Origin: Octopus sinensis
Lineage: Eukaryota
Length of the DNA: 64,000 nucleotides
Assembly (NCBI RefSeq): GCF_006345805.1
Contig: NC_042997.1
Location: forward strand, 151,838,001-151,902,000
Direction of reading: 5' to 3'
The notes beneath the pieces are model-generated. The model was given only the letters and a program-made list of their open reading frames with translations, did no database searches and was not told where the DNA came from. The position numbers and the translations under genes are program-made. Below, piece by piece: positions 51,850 to 64,000 of the stretch; within the stretch, counting starts at the first letter, position 1; each line of letters begins with the position of its first letter.

Positions 51850-53800
51850 AGGTATATGTGCTAGAAATTCTGTAGGTCAGCTCTAGATACCCAATGACAT
51901 ATAGTAGAGAATAAACTATCGGAAAAGTTCTTGTGACTTATTTTGACTGTGCATTTTCTTTAACAAAGATCATATTCTTGGCTGAGTGTGGGCATTTCTG
52001 CTGTCACTTTTCATCATATTGATATCCTAAGTTATAATCTTAGGGATCTGGTAATATCTGTAACGATAGCAACCCTCAAGTATTGCTATGACGCAGCTGC
52101 TCAGGGCGGGTATGAGGGCCTCTCTTTGTCTTAGAACACAGGTATCGTGTGAAAATTTGCGTTATGCGTCATGTAAGACGGTTGGATGTGCAGGAGAAAG
52201 ACCGTAGAATCTTTTAATTAAGAACATAATTCTGCCTTAGTTCCATTTCCAGATGTTTGTCAAGCTAAATCATTGCCTGTTTACATTTCATCCAGGTACC
52301 CTGTTTTTGCATTTCTACAGATCTGTTTGTTCGCCCTTTCTCCTTGAAATCTCACGCTTCCTCATGCATCAGCTTCCACTTCTCCATATTGCAGAGTAAG
52401 TCATTTTTGCTTTTCAGTGTCCTTCTCAACGCCACACTCATGAGAAGAACCTTGTTTTTTTCAGTCTCTCCAATGTTAATTGGACTACCTGAGCTGCCTT
52501 TCCCATCCTCATTACACTGAACGATTCGGTGTTCTTGTACCCGTGACACAATTCTTTATAGAACTGAACGAAAATCTGAGTTTGTAGCTGCACCCCAAGA
52601 ACCATATACTGTCAAAACTTCGTGTCAAATCTAACTGCGGATCCAGCTGATAATTCCTCATACTCAAAGTACTTCTACTATGAGTATGAGGAGCTTGTAG
52701 ATAGTCATAGAAGCCGTAAGAAGTTCCAATGCTGATAAACGCAGACGTTAAACCTTGGAAGTGTATATATGCTCAAAGCTCCCAGTCAACAATTTAGGTC
52801 AGCTCTGCTTGTCTTGATGTGTCTTAGTATTTCAGATTAGAGTTGAGGACCTTTCCAAAACTCTTCAGTGTTTATTTTTTCCTACGTAAGACAAGGTGGT
52901 ATTCTCCCTTCTTGAAATTAAACAGTTAGTATCTTTCTTTGTTTTCAAAACTAGTAATCCAAGAACTAATTGATTTGAAATATATTCTATCCCATGGTAC
53001 AAGCTTCTTTAAACTCTGGAGGATCTGTTTGGTTCCCAGCATTGTTGTTATGACCAAGGAGTCACCCATGAAACTTCTGAGTGTTGATTACCTTAGCTGA
53101 GTTACTAAAGGCACCTCGGCTGATCACTATATTCGTTGGCAATTCAAAGAAGGACATTGATATAGATCACGTAACAATTACCCTCACCTCCAGTTGAGGC
53201 CAGTTAGGTTCTGTTGGTCCAAATTCATGTTTTTACCTTTTGGTATACGCGTTGTCTCCTCAATATAGCATCAATTAGTTTATGAGGTATCAAACTATAG
53301 GCGTTTGCTAAATCTAGGTACAGTACAGCCAGATCCCCTCTCTCCTTTCTTGCCTCCCTGATGACCAGGGTTGCCGATCCTGAGTGTTTTACACAAACAA
53401 GGACTCCTGACGGCCACTATCAGGATGTCAATGCAAAAGGACGAATCCCCTTCTTTTACTTGTTGATGCAATCGTTACCTTGCAGAGAGCTGCAGGGTGT
53501 TCTGGAAAAAACACCGAAGAAAATCTTGTTCCCTTTATTAAGCAAGGAATGACTCAAAATTAGATACTATTCTCAGGGTGTTTTTTTTCCTCTTTGGGTG
53601 TGTAAAGCCCTTCAGAATATCTCCTCTACTTGGGTAACTTCTTTCCCTGCTAGGTATTTTTTTAAATCCTCCAGAGCCAATAGGTTTTGATATGAAAGAC
53701 TAATAATATCTATGCACGTCACATTAACAATCTTATTGAACTACTATTCCGATAGAAAATTCAGTATCTCTATAGCTCTTTATTTGACTTATCTCTGTCA
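51850..53800 (-). mobile_element. Degraded HERO/NeSL-like RLE retrotransposon (RT to Zn finger)
   Basis: Minus translation LLNKGNKIFF...GDLAVLYLDLANAYSLIPHKL... and later IWKWN.GRIMFLIKRFYGLSP...LSSC..AILEGCY. Many frameshifts and stops. Confidence 0.7.
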
Positions 53801-54511
53801 TAACCCAAAGCGACTTGGGACATAATTTTTTTTCGTCTGTGTTTGTTCAGAAAATTAACTGAGAAATGGTGTGGAGATTTCGAGATAAGAAGATTAACAT
53901 CGCTACTTATGAGGTTTGATTATTTATCGATAATTTTATGGGCATGATTTTGTTTTCTTTTTGTGAGGGGGGTATTTCTTTAAGAATGTCCAAATATTAT
54001 TTTACTTCTCTGCCTTATCAACCTCTCCATCTGCTTCTATACTCATATATATTTAAGTTTCAATACGTACAAGGTGTCATTTAGCCCTAAACCAAACATC
54101 AGCCGTTATTGCAATTTTATGCGCTTGTCCCCGGTTGTTTAGTACAGTACAGGATTTTGCTTAAATATTTGTCAACGCATAAATATACATGGTCATACAC
54201 AGTCACATTCACATATGTATAAGTTTGGTTGCATAATTGCAGGAAGCATACACACAGACATATATATGTGGGGGGGGGTTACTTCACGACATTGCGTCTG
54301 TCTTTATTTCCTGTGTTCTAATTCCACCGAGATCAACTTAGCCATTCATCCTTTCGGTATCGATAAAATAAGTACCAGTCGAACACTGGGGTCGTTGTAA
54401 TCGAATTAACTGCACAAAATTTCGGACCAATATATACATACATACATATACACACACACACTCATGTATATATATGCATACACAGACATATATAGATACA
54501 TTACATAGTAT

Positions 54512-54564
<53 letters not shown>

Positions 54565-55321
54565 TATATATCATATTTATAAGTCTCTGTTTATATGCAC
54601 TTGGCAGCGTCAGAATTTCAAACAGAATTTTTCTTTTGCGTTTTGTGTTTAGAATACAAACCAAACACAAAATATCAAGAATTAAACTAAAAATTGACTT
54701 CGAAAGTTTTTCCAGTACTTAATAGCTTTTATAAATATAGATTTATTTGTTTTTTTATGAGTCAAGACCTTAGGTAAATCTACATCAACGAATTTTGGAA
54801 AAGAAAAAAGAAAACTCAATAAAAAATTAGCTGGCTTCCCCGTTTTTCATTTTATTTCACTTTACAAAATAACTGATTCCATTTCAGAACACAATTTAGT
54901 TACTCCAGTTTTTCTTTTCTTTTCATCTAAATTAAAGATGATATAAATATATTATTGTTTCAACAAATACAGTAGCACTTTACAATTTTCAGAGTATTAG
55001 TTTAAATGTCTCATGGCGTGAAGTTTGGATGCTCAACAATCTCAGTTCGAAATATGATAAATTTGACTTCACCTTTAGCCGTAGTCCAAGTTCACGTTTT
55101 TACCTTTTGGTGTACATTTTGTCTCCCTAATATAACTTCAACATTTCACTTTTATGTGTTAACTACCTTGTAGAAGATAAATAGATTCATATACTAAAGT
55201 ATAATATATTTTATCAATAACTGATAAGGCAGTGAGCTGGTAGGATCCTCTCCCACAAATTTCAGGTCTTGTGCCTAGAGTAGAAAGGATTATTATTATT
55301 ATTATTACAACTACTACTCCA

Positions 55322-56095
55322 AAAAGGCGGTGAACTGGCAGAATCGTTAGCACGCCGGACGAAATGCGTAGCTGTATTTCGTCTGCCGCTACGTTCTGAG
55401 TTCAAATTCCGCCGAGGTCGACTTTGCCTTTCATCCTTTCGGGGTCGATTAAATAAGTACCAGTTACGCACTGGGGTCGATATAATCGACTTAATACGTT
55501 TATCTGTCCTTGTTTGTCCTCTCTGTGTTTAGCCCCTCGTGGGTAGTAAAGAAATAGGTATTTCGTCTGCGTTACGTTGTGAGTTCAAATTCCGCCGAGG
55601 TCGACTTTGCCTTTCATCCTTTCGGGGTCGATTAAATAAGTACCAGTTACGCACTGGGGTCGATGTAATCGACTTAATCCGTTTGTCTGTTCTTGTGTAT
55701 CCGCTCTGTGTTTAGCTCCTTGTGGGTAGTAAAGAAATAGGTATTTCATCTGCCGCTACGTTCTGAGTTCAAATTCCGCCGAGGTCGACTTTGCCTTTCA
55801 TCTTTTCAGGGTCGATTAAATAAGTACCAGTTACGCACTGTGGTCGATATAATCGACTTAATCCGTTTGTCTGTCCTTGTTTGCCCTCTCTGTGTTTAGC
55901 CCCTTATGGGTAGTAAAGAAATAGGTATTTCGTCTGCCGCTACGTTCTGAGTTCAAATTCCGCCGAGGTCGACTTTACTCTTCATCATTTCGGGGTCGAT
56001 TAAATAAGTACCAGTTACACACTGAGGTCGATGTAATCGACTTCATCCCATCCCCCAAATTTGAGGCTTTGTGCTTCTGGTAGAAAGGATTATTA
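55322..56095 (+). mobile_element. SINE family B tetramer (head + three 183-184-bp units + terminal unit with monomer-type tail)
   Basis: gtatttc unit starts at 55374, 55558, 55741 and 55925. Further diverged B copies at ~54300-54420, 56130-56290, 56330-56440, 56480-56690 and 56710-56865. Confidence 0.92.
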
Positions 56096-59000
56096 CTCTA
56101 TTCCAATGTACTAAGACGATAGTTGGCATATCCGTCAGCGACTCGAAATAACAGATTAGTGATATTAGTTCTTACTGTTAACGCTCTAAGTTCAAAACCT
56201 GCTCCAGTCAACTTCACTTTTTATCCTTTCTGGTGTAGATGATATCAACACCCAACTTTTTTTTTAAATGTCCTAGCCTTAGGCAAAAATCAGAGACTAT
56301 TATTGTTAATGATTCACATCCCGAGAGAGTCATCTTTACCTTTTATCCATTCGGGGTCTGTAAAATAAGATAACAGTCAAGTACTGGAAGAAGATGGTAC
56401 GACTTACATACCCATCTCAAAAGAGATGAGCCCCTACCTAAATCAGACATAACTATTAGTAATAGCAGCCTGTGCTAAGATGGTGAGCTTGCAGAATCGG
56501 TAGTGGGCCAGACACCTTTCCGTAAGTTTTTTTTTATCATCACCTGAGTCCAAATGCCATCTAGTCTCCCTTCGATTTTCGTTCTTTCGAGGTCGATAAA
56601 AATAAAGAACATCACAAGTTTTAAAGGCAATGGAATTGACTAATACCTTAACCTAAAAAAATTGCTTTCCATGAGACTAAATTAAAAGCTATTATTACAA
56701 AATTGTCCTTAGGTTCTGAGTTCAAATTCTGCCGTGGCCGACTTTACCTTTCATTCTTTCGGGGTGTCAATAAAATACGCACCAGTCAAACACTGGGGTT
56801 GATGTAAACGACTTATCCTCTCCCCCCAAATTTCAGGCCTTGTGCCTAAAGTAGAAAGGTTTATTACTAAATTGTTCGTAGTGTGCTGTGGAAATCACTG
56901 CGTCATTTTCTACAAAACTCGTTCGATTCCTAGTTGAATCATTTAATTTTTCTCACATCACTAATGTATTTTGGAAATGTACTATTGTTAAACTTTTATT
57001 TCCATTTTCTTTCCCTTAAAAATTACGCCTCCATGTATATGACAAATCATAATATTTTTAAAATAACATGATAGCAAATCTATAAAAAGTGTGATTTCTT
57101 TTAGTTATTATTTTATGTATTTATTTTTTAATTTTATTTTATTCTTCTTTGTCAAGAATCAAAAGGATTATTTTCGAAATATCTGTACACTTTGAGAAGT
57201 ATAAAATAAGATACATAAAGTACTATCGAGTAAAAATAATAACAAAACTCTCATTGCAACCTTTAATATTTGGCAACATACAAGAATGGAATTTATGAGA
57301 AATTGAGACTCTAAAACTTGTCATGTCTGGCAAGAAATTGTAATCTCATAACAGAATAATGGAGTTTTACTGTAGTAGATTTAAAACAAGAATATTTGAT
57401 TCAGTAAAAATCTTGTTATTTATTTATTCATTTTCCTTTTCACTTTTTCTGTTAATATTTAGCGTTTCATATCACTCTGCACAGCTGATAATCAAATGCA
57501 CCAGTTAGTCAGAGCAACAGACATTTTTTCTTTCAACTTCAACTTGGAATCACAGGAATTAAAGATAACATTGAATGTTTGACGGTATGACGATGCTTAT
57601 TAGGATATAGAATCGATCAGATTCGCAAGTTGTTAATATTTTTGAAATTATAATAAATTTTAATTACATAAAAATGCATAAATTGACGCTGTCTGGTGTA
57701 TTTTTTTCAACGGACAAAATAATTTGTGAGTTCAACAAGCAAGAAATCTTCTACATTAGTGATTTTCAGCTGTGTTTGCTCCACGTTACACTTATAATGA
57801 TCCATATTACTCTTATTTCGTTTAACGCCTCACCCTCTTGATATTCAACGCCCCACATATCTCTAATCTACATCCAAAGAGGTTTTAAAATTTCCTTTAA
57901 AAACACTTCTCTGCATAGTTGCTCGATCTGCAAGGAATACTTACCAAATTCCATCGAATTTCAATCTAGCGTCTAAAATGAGAAACGTTACTTTCTATAA
58001 TGTTGTTAGATCAATTTCAAAAACAAGATTGGATAACTACAGCTTAAATATTTTTTATCTCAGGATAAAATATTTTTTATTAAATCATCTTGGATCTACT
58101 AGTGGCGAAATTGGTTCAAGAAATCTATAATATGAATACTATAATCTAGTTACACTGTATACACGAATTAAACTGCACTTGAAGCATAAATATTGTGCTT
58201 AGAGCCGGTACCTGTAGCTACACAAAATATCGATTAACATTTCAACTGAGGGACAAATAGATATTTGTCTTAGACAAAGATTAGTGTTAATGAAATAGCA
58301 CTATTAAAGATCGATAATCTACTGACTCATCCACTTATCAGAGAATTTATGAAATAATAGTTAATTCTGTTTAGTTGCAACACTCTATTTTTTCAGGTGG
58401 ACGAGAGCAAATGGAAATATATGGAAAGAAGGAAACAGCAACAACAGAGCAAATATTATGTTACAGCTTTAAAAGGGAACTGAAATAGGCTGGTGTTCCC
58501 GATCTTACATTTTGCTCTACCACACTCTTCAGAGTTCTTTATAAAATAAACATAGGGAATGATAGATTTAAGGTATATCTGGAAACCAAAGTAAGAAAAA
58601 ATCGTTAGTATCAAATGGCTGTAATTTCATTGATTCCCATAGCTTCATTTTAAATATCAAGGGATTTTAGATTAACAATAATCCTTCTTCTTGGTGGTTA
58701 CTCACTTAACATGATAATGTTTATGCCTGATCTTCTGTAGGGATAAATAAATGAAAGCCTATTTTTCCTATATATAGGACAGTATTAAACGAAAAGTTCA
58801 TTACACTTACAAGTTCCATATGTCTTACCTAAGGATACAAGAAGGCCAATACGATCCCACGAAGATTGATTGCGTAGACATTCTACTCATTACATATTAC
58901 AATCAAAGAATCCTTCTTTTTACATCCGAACATCTGAAAAGAAGAAAATAAGATATGATATTGTTGTCTTGGACAAAATATGAGAAAATAAAGAAGTCGA

Positions 59001-60918
59001 TGTTCAGGGCTGAAAACGCCTTTGATCAGGTAAATCACGGGACTGGATCTAGTTTAAAAAAAAAACAATTCAATACATCCTGAAATTGCTCATGCACCCT
59101 AAGCCAACCATTTATGAAGGAATCTTATTTCGTGTAGAATATTCCATCCATTTCACTATCATATAGTTTAATAATTCAGTAATAGCAGGCAAAACGAGGT
59201 AGGATGTGAACACACACAAGTGATAATGTACTTGAGAACATAGGTTAGAGAAAAGCTCTTCATTAATTTTGAGTGGAATCGTGCTTAAATTTATTCTCGA
59301 TTGATAATTGTGCCTTATTTTTCAAACCTGTCTAGAGTGATACTTTAATTAATAGTAACTACACAGACTTCACTATTTGTCCAATAACATATGTGAATAA
59401 TATTAGCTACCATTTTATTGTCCTTAGTCATTATAACGTAGATTTGCAATTAAGAGACACATTTAGAATCTTAAAATTCTATGTTTCAAATTCTAATTCT
59501 CTGTTGAATTGATAAGAAATTTATGGAGATTGTGGTTTTTATTAGCTACATTCTGGAATGGAAGAATCTTGTGTGAGTATAATTATAGCATATAATATAA
59601 TGACTGAGAAGTGAACTACTTGAATAATTATTTTCAATTTTAGAATAGGAAGATATGGCTTTTAGTTCCAAAAAAGACCAAAAAATAACGGTCTCTACTT
59701 GTCGTTAAAAATTTGTATGAAAAGGCAGACTCTAACTAACCTTCAGTTTACAAGGGTATACGCCAAGGCTTCATTATTGCAATTATGCAGTTTATTTCCC
59801 TGTATTAATTCCAGTTTACTGTGATACATAGGAATAACACACCTAAAGATATTACACGCTTTAATGGAGCTCATAAGAAATCTAGATCACTCAACTTGAT
59901 AAAATCAAGTTAAACCTCTCTTAAATCGACTTTATAAAAGCAAAGATGAATTTGATAATGCAGTCTGACATTAAATATACACGCTAAAAATGGAATGATC
60001 ACAGTTGGAATATCTTGGATCAGTGGCCTCGTATACCTGAGTTGACAAATGGATATAAGCTATTAGGTATATTGAACATATTCGAGTGAAAGATGATCAA
60101 ATATTAATGGTTATGCATTCCCCTATTATTAAATTCTACAAGAACCTAATAATAATAATTGTTATGAGGACATGACCAATTATAAGTTTAAAAGATCAAA
60201 ACTCAAACATAGACATTATATGTATAATTAATGCAGAGCAACAACAATATCATGGTGTAGTTATGGCTCTGAAGCTAAATTCGCTTTTTAGACACGTGGT
60301 TTACGGTTCAATCTCGATGGGTAAGTGTCTTCTACAATAGTCGTAAATCGTGCAAAATGTTTTTGAGTGAAATTTCGTTGATAGAGACGAAAACTATGAA
60401 GACCGTAGAATGGACCGTTTCTGGTCTTAGGATATAGACATATTCTGTCGTTTAATTTAACGCCATATGCTGCTTTTGGGGGCCTTTAGTTGGCTACATT
60501 TTGTTGCATGCATTTAACTTCGTTCTTCTACTTGACGATCATTCCCCTTTTCCTTTAACAAATTATGATGATGGTCATGGATATTGTTCATCCTTCAATG
60601 TTGATAGACACATTAATATTGCTTCACAAAGGCTAGGTTTTCACTTTAGAAAGAAAAAAATAATTCCTTTAAAAAATTACTTAGATGCATAAAATATTTT
60701 ACACTTAAATAAACCTGACATATTTAAGAGAATGCATCAATCAGGTACATAGTATCCCGCCCTAGATTTTTCCTCCTTTAATTGGAGATCCTTTAATCTT
60801 GGAGACAGTAGAATTCTTTCTTGCGATTCTGTTTTCTATCAGTACTTCACTAACTTCAACAATGTCAAAACTTCGTGACACTATATAATGGTAGCCCTGA
60901 GTGTCATGCTACATATCA

Positions 60919-61116
60919 TCAACCACCATCCTCTCCCTCATCATCGTCAGCCAAATTTTTAGCGGACTGAAATCGTAATAACACCTTTCTCCAACGCAGC
61001 AGAAGTTCTGTATGGTATTCTTCTGCGTCCACTCCGAATAAATTAGAACTTTCACTACCTTCGTCACGTGCTCCGACAGCATTGATGGTTTCTGCATTAT
61101 TGTTATGTTGTTGTTG
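60919..61116 (-). CDS. Candidate terminal coding exon of an unidentified host gene
   Basis: Open frame QQQHNNNAETINAVGARDEGSESSNLFGVDAEEYHTELLLRWRKVLLRFQSAKNLADDDEGEDGG followed by TGA TGA. Acceptor candidates gctgactgcacgtttaacAG (exon starts 61116) or aatgcAG (exon starts 61091). Not in the ORF track because it has no start codon; no family recognised. Confidence 0.35.
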   Translation of the reverse strand, partial: QQQHNNNAETINAVGARDEGSESSNLFGVDAEEYHTELLLRWRKVLLRFQSAKNLADDDEGEDGG

Positions 61117-61471
61117 CTGTTAAACGTGCAGTCAGCTTTGAACTGGCTTCTAGATGATCAGAGCCAATCTAGTTCTGATCGTCCAGTGTTTTATATATAT
61201 ATTTTATATATGTATAAAATGTATAAAGTACTGGAGCGTATACATCTACGGCTGCATTGACCAACACATTCTTCCTGTGTTTTTAAAGATATTACGTTGT
61301 TATTACAGTATTACAGGGAAATTTCGCTATCTTTTCTGTCATAACCTGCGACCAGATAGAAGTCTGATTGTCAAGGCTTTATCCAATTTATCTTTATCTT
61401 AGCAATAAATTGTACTGTTTTGTTACCCCTACACACACGATTTTTAATTGAGAAATAAGTAAATTGCTCAC

Positions 61472-61577
61472 CTGTGGCAGGTACTGGTCCTGATGTCACC
61501 AACAAAATAAGAACCACCGACTTTTCGGTTATATTCTCGGTAAACTGTTCTGTGACTATTTCCGTTCTATTGAAAAT
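61472..61577 (-). CDS. Candidate internal exon upstream of the above
   Basis: catttAG|attttc...gccacag|GTGAGC. One open frame IFNRTEIVTEQFTENITEKSVVLILLVTSGPVPAT + phase 1, which splices in frame only to the weak acceptor at 61091. Confidence 0.22.
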
Positions 61578-64000
61578 CTAAATGTCACAGCCAGTTAAAC
61601 CGATCTTAAATATAGAAATATATGGGAACTTCCTCACTTAATCAGACGAGCAAATAGGACAAACTGCCGCTCTACATGTAGAAACTGAATATCCCTTGGA
61701 TCACATAAAGTCATCGTAAAAAAAGAACGGACATTTAGAAAGAATAATTTAGATACATTACACCTGAGTGTAAGAAGGGTGTGAGTTGTCTGCATTTGGA
61801 AGATATTTCGTCAAATGCTTCCGTCAAAACAAATTACGTCGGGGTTTAAGGGCAGCTATTTAGTAAAAGTACATAAGAAATTTGGTGGAAAGTTTCGATG
61901 AGATCAGTCGCTGTGAATAAGTATTCTTTGTCTGAGAGCAAGAAGAATACAAAGTAATATCGTCTTGTTTGTAGGTAAGTAAAATAACAAGTGACTGAAA
62001 TGGGTGATGTTGATGAGTAAGAACTTAAAAGAGAAGTGGCGTGAGAGAATTAGTGAAACAAATGCGAAGTGGAGGAAGATAGAATTAGAGAGGAGAGAGA
62101 ATGTGCTATGAGTCAACCACTTGAATATAAGGCAGGCATAGAATGTGTATTTTTTACTGGAGATGGTGTGAGGAGTAATAAGTCGGAAGTAAAAGACAGC
62201 GTGAATGGAGTGTGAAACGGAAGAAAAGGGGAGAAAGCTAAAAATCGATTCATTTAGTGGCCGTATTCACCGCCATCGCCATCATCACCACTACCACCAT
62301 CTATCTTCACCTTTCTTTTTGAGCACTACCTCCTTCTCCTGCCCGGTTTGCGACAAAGACTCTGTCTATCATTCTCACACTACTTCACACTCAAACTTAT
62401 ACCTCATCTCCTCACACCATCATCACATCACTCTTTCACTTCAGCTTCTTCCTCATTTACTTGATTACGATCAAAGTGACAACACAGCTTCCTCTCTCAT
62501 TTCCTTATACGCAAAGGTTAGAACCAAACTGTTGCCTTCTTCAGTCCTCAGGCAAATCAATATGTCGAACTCTTCCAAGTAGTCGTTTATGGGGAAGTTT
62601 TTATCCCTTTCACCATTTATTTTGGATCCCGAATTTTACCGAAGAAAAAAATTACACGATATCACAAAGTGATACGTATCTTATTTTATCGCAAAAAAAA
62701 GTAGACCAAGATACAGAAAGTGCTGTCTTGTTTTAAATGATTTTTCTGTAGAAAATTACATTCCACGATAACAGAAATTGGCTTCTATCTGATTCTGCAA
62801 AAACAAATATAAAAATTATCGAACTTTCTGAAACTTGTAGCAAATCCTACTTCTCAAATTATAACAATGCGATGTACCAATTATATTTTCAGATATATTG
62901 ATTCCTTATATAGACACGAGGTCAGAAATTTATCAAGGAAGAAAATTAGATTGTTAAACACTCGTGACTATCTCAAAGGTTTCATTGAAGTGAATTTGTT
63001 TCAACTGGGAATCAAAGCCGGTTTTCCGTCGGCTCACTGGGAACTCACCTCTTGATTTACGATGCTCGCTACATCCGTTGAGATAAATAAAATTGCATTA
63101 ACTGACAATGAGAAACATTAATATTTGTTGAAACCCTTAAAAATTATTTGATCTTCCATTAACAGAAATAGATGCATTGGGCTGGGAAGCTAATTTCGAG
63201 AACCCTTCGAATAAAAGCTTTTAAAAATAATATAGAAATATGGCTACATTTCTGTTCTCATGTGTATAGCATTTTATGACCAGCCTATTAGACGCTTCGG
63301 CATCAGCAAACGAAAAGACTGTGGTAACCTAAGGGTCATGATTCGACTCCGACCATTATCTATACTCCTTTGAAAATTACCGGTTTCGTAAGCATAACAA
63401 TCATTAATCATTCCATTACTACATCCAATTGTGTATATTTGTATTTATATGCCTGTATAACACGCACCCACACACACATACATACATACACACACATATA
63501 TAAATATGTATGTATGTATGTATGCGTGGATGTATATAACGTATATGTTTGTATTTATGTGTGCATGTTTCTGTCTGTATCAGAGTATGCAAGTATATTA
63601 TAGAAAAATCGTTTATATTAATATGCGCATTTGTCTAAATGTTTTATAGCAATATGTATGTGTGTTTATATAACATATATATGCATACATATGAATGTAC
63701 ATACAAAAAACATATATTTATGCATACATATACGTGTGTGTGTTTGTGCGCGTATAATATATATATATTTATTTATATATATATATATATATATAAGCGT
63801 GTGGTGTGTGTGTGCCCATGTATTTGCGGATGTAAAATAGAGAATAAATACAAATGGACCTACCTTCAACATCCTCCCACTTCTCTTACTCTTACATAAT
63901 TGGAAGATATTTCTGATCCAGTACTAAGCAAAACATTACCAAACGAAAACAAAAGAAAGCTTTTCCTCTATATATTTTCCACTACAACCTAACTTCCAAT

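Overview
AT-rich, microsatellite-saturated eukaryotic DNA. The SINE and LINE families look like a coleoid cephalopod, most likely Octopus (inference from repeat content, not a database match). No host gene can be named. The dominant feature is a structurally complete ~6.2 kb Tx1-like (L1 superfamily) LINE on the minus strand (16646-22848). It has ORF1 with a CCHC knuckle and ORF2 with APE, RT and C-terminal Zn motif, both frameshifted, and a 17-bp target-site duplication (TSD). It is nested in the (TATC)n tail of a truncated copy of its own family. The window also holds fossils of two more Tx1-like elements, R4/Dong-like and HERO-like RLE retrotransposons, RTE fragments, Penelope-like (PLE) pieces and mariner/Tc1 transposons. 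There are at least three tRNA-derived SINE families (one recurring as head+184-bp multimers), a compound minisatellite and five unrelated long inverted repeats. The most unusual signal is a set of at least four different short repeat families that each carry a minimal type I hammerhead-ribozyme-like motif with a very short, mostly palindromic stem III. A weak two-exon candidate for the 3' end of a host gene lies on the minus strand at ~60.9-61.6 kb, inside a ~6.5 kb repeat-poor block. Most ORF-track entries are microsatellite or antisense artefacts. Coordinates of degraded repeats are approximate, and family names come from remembered motifs, not searches.
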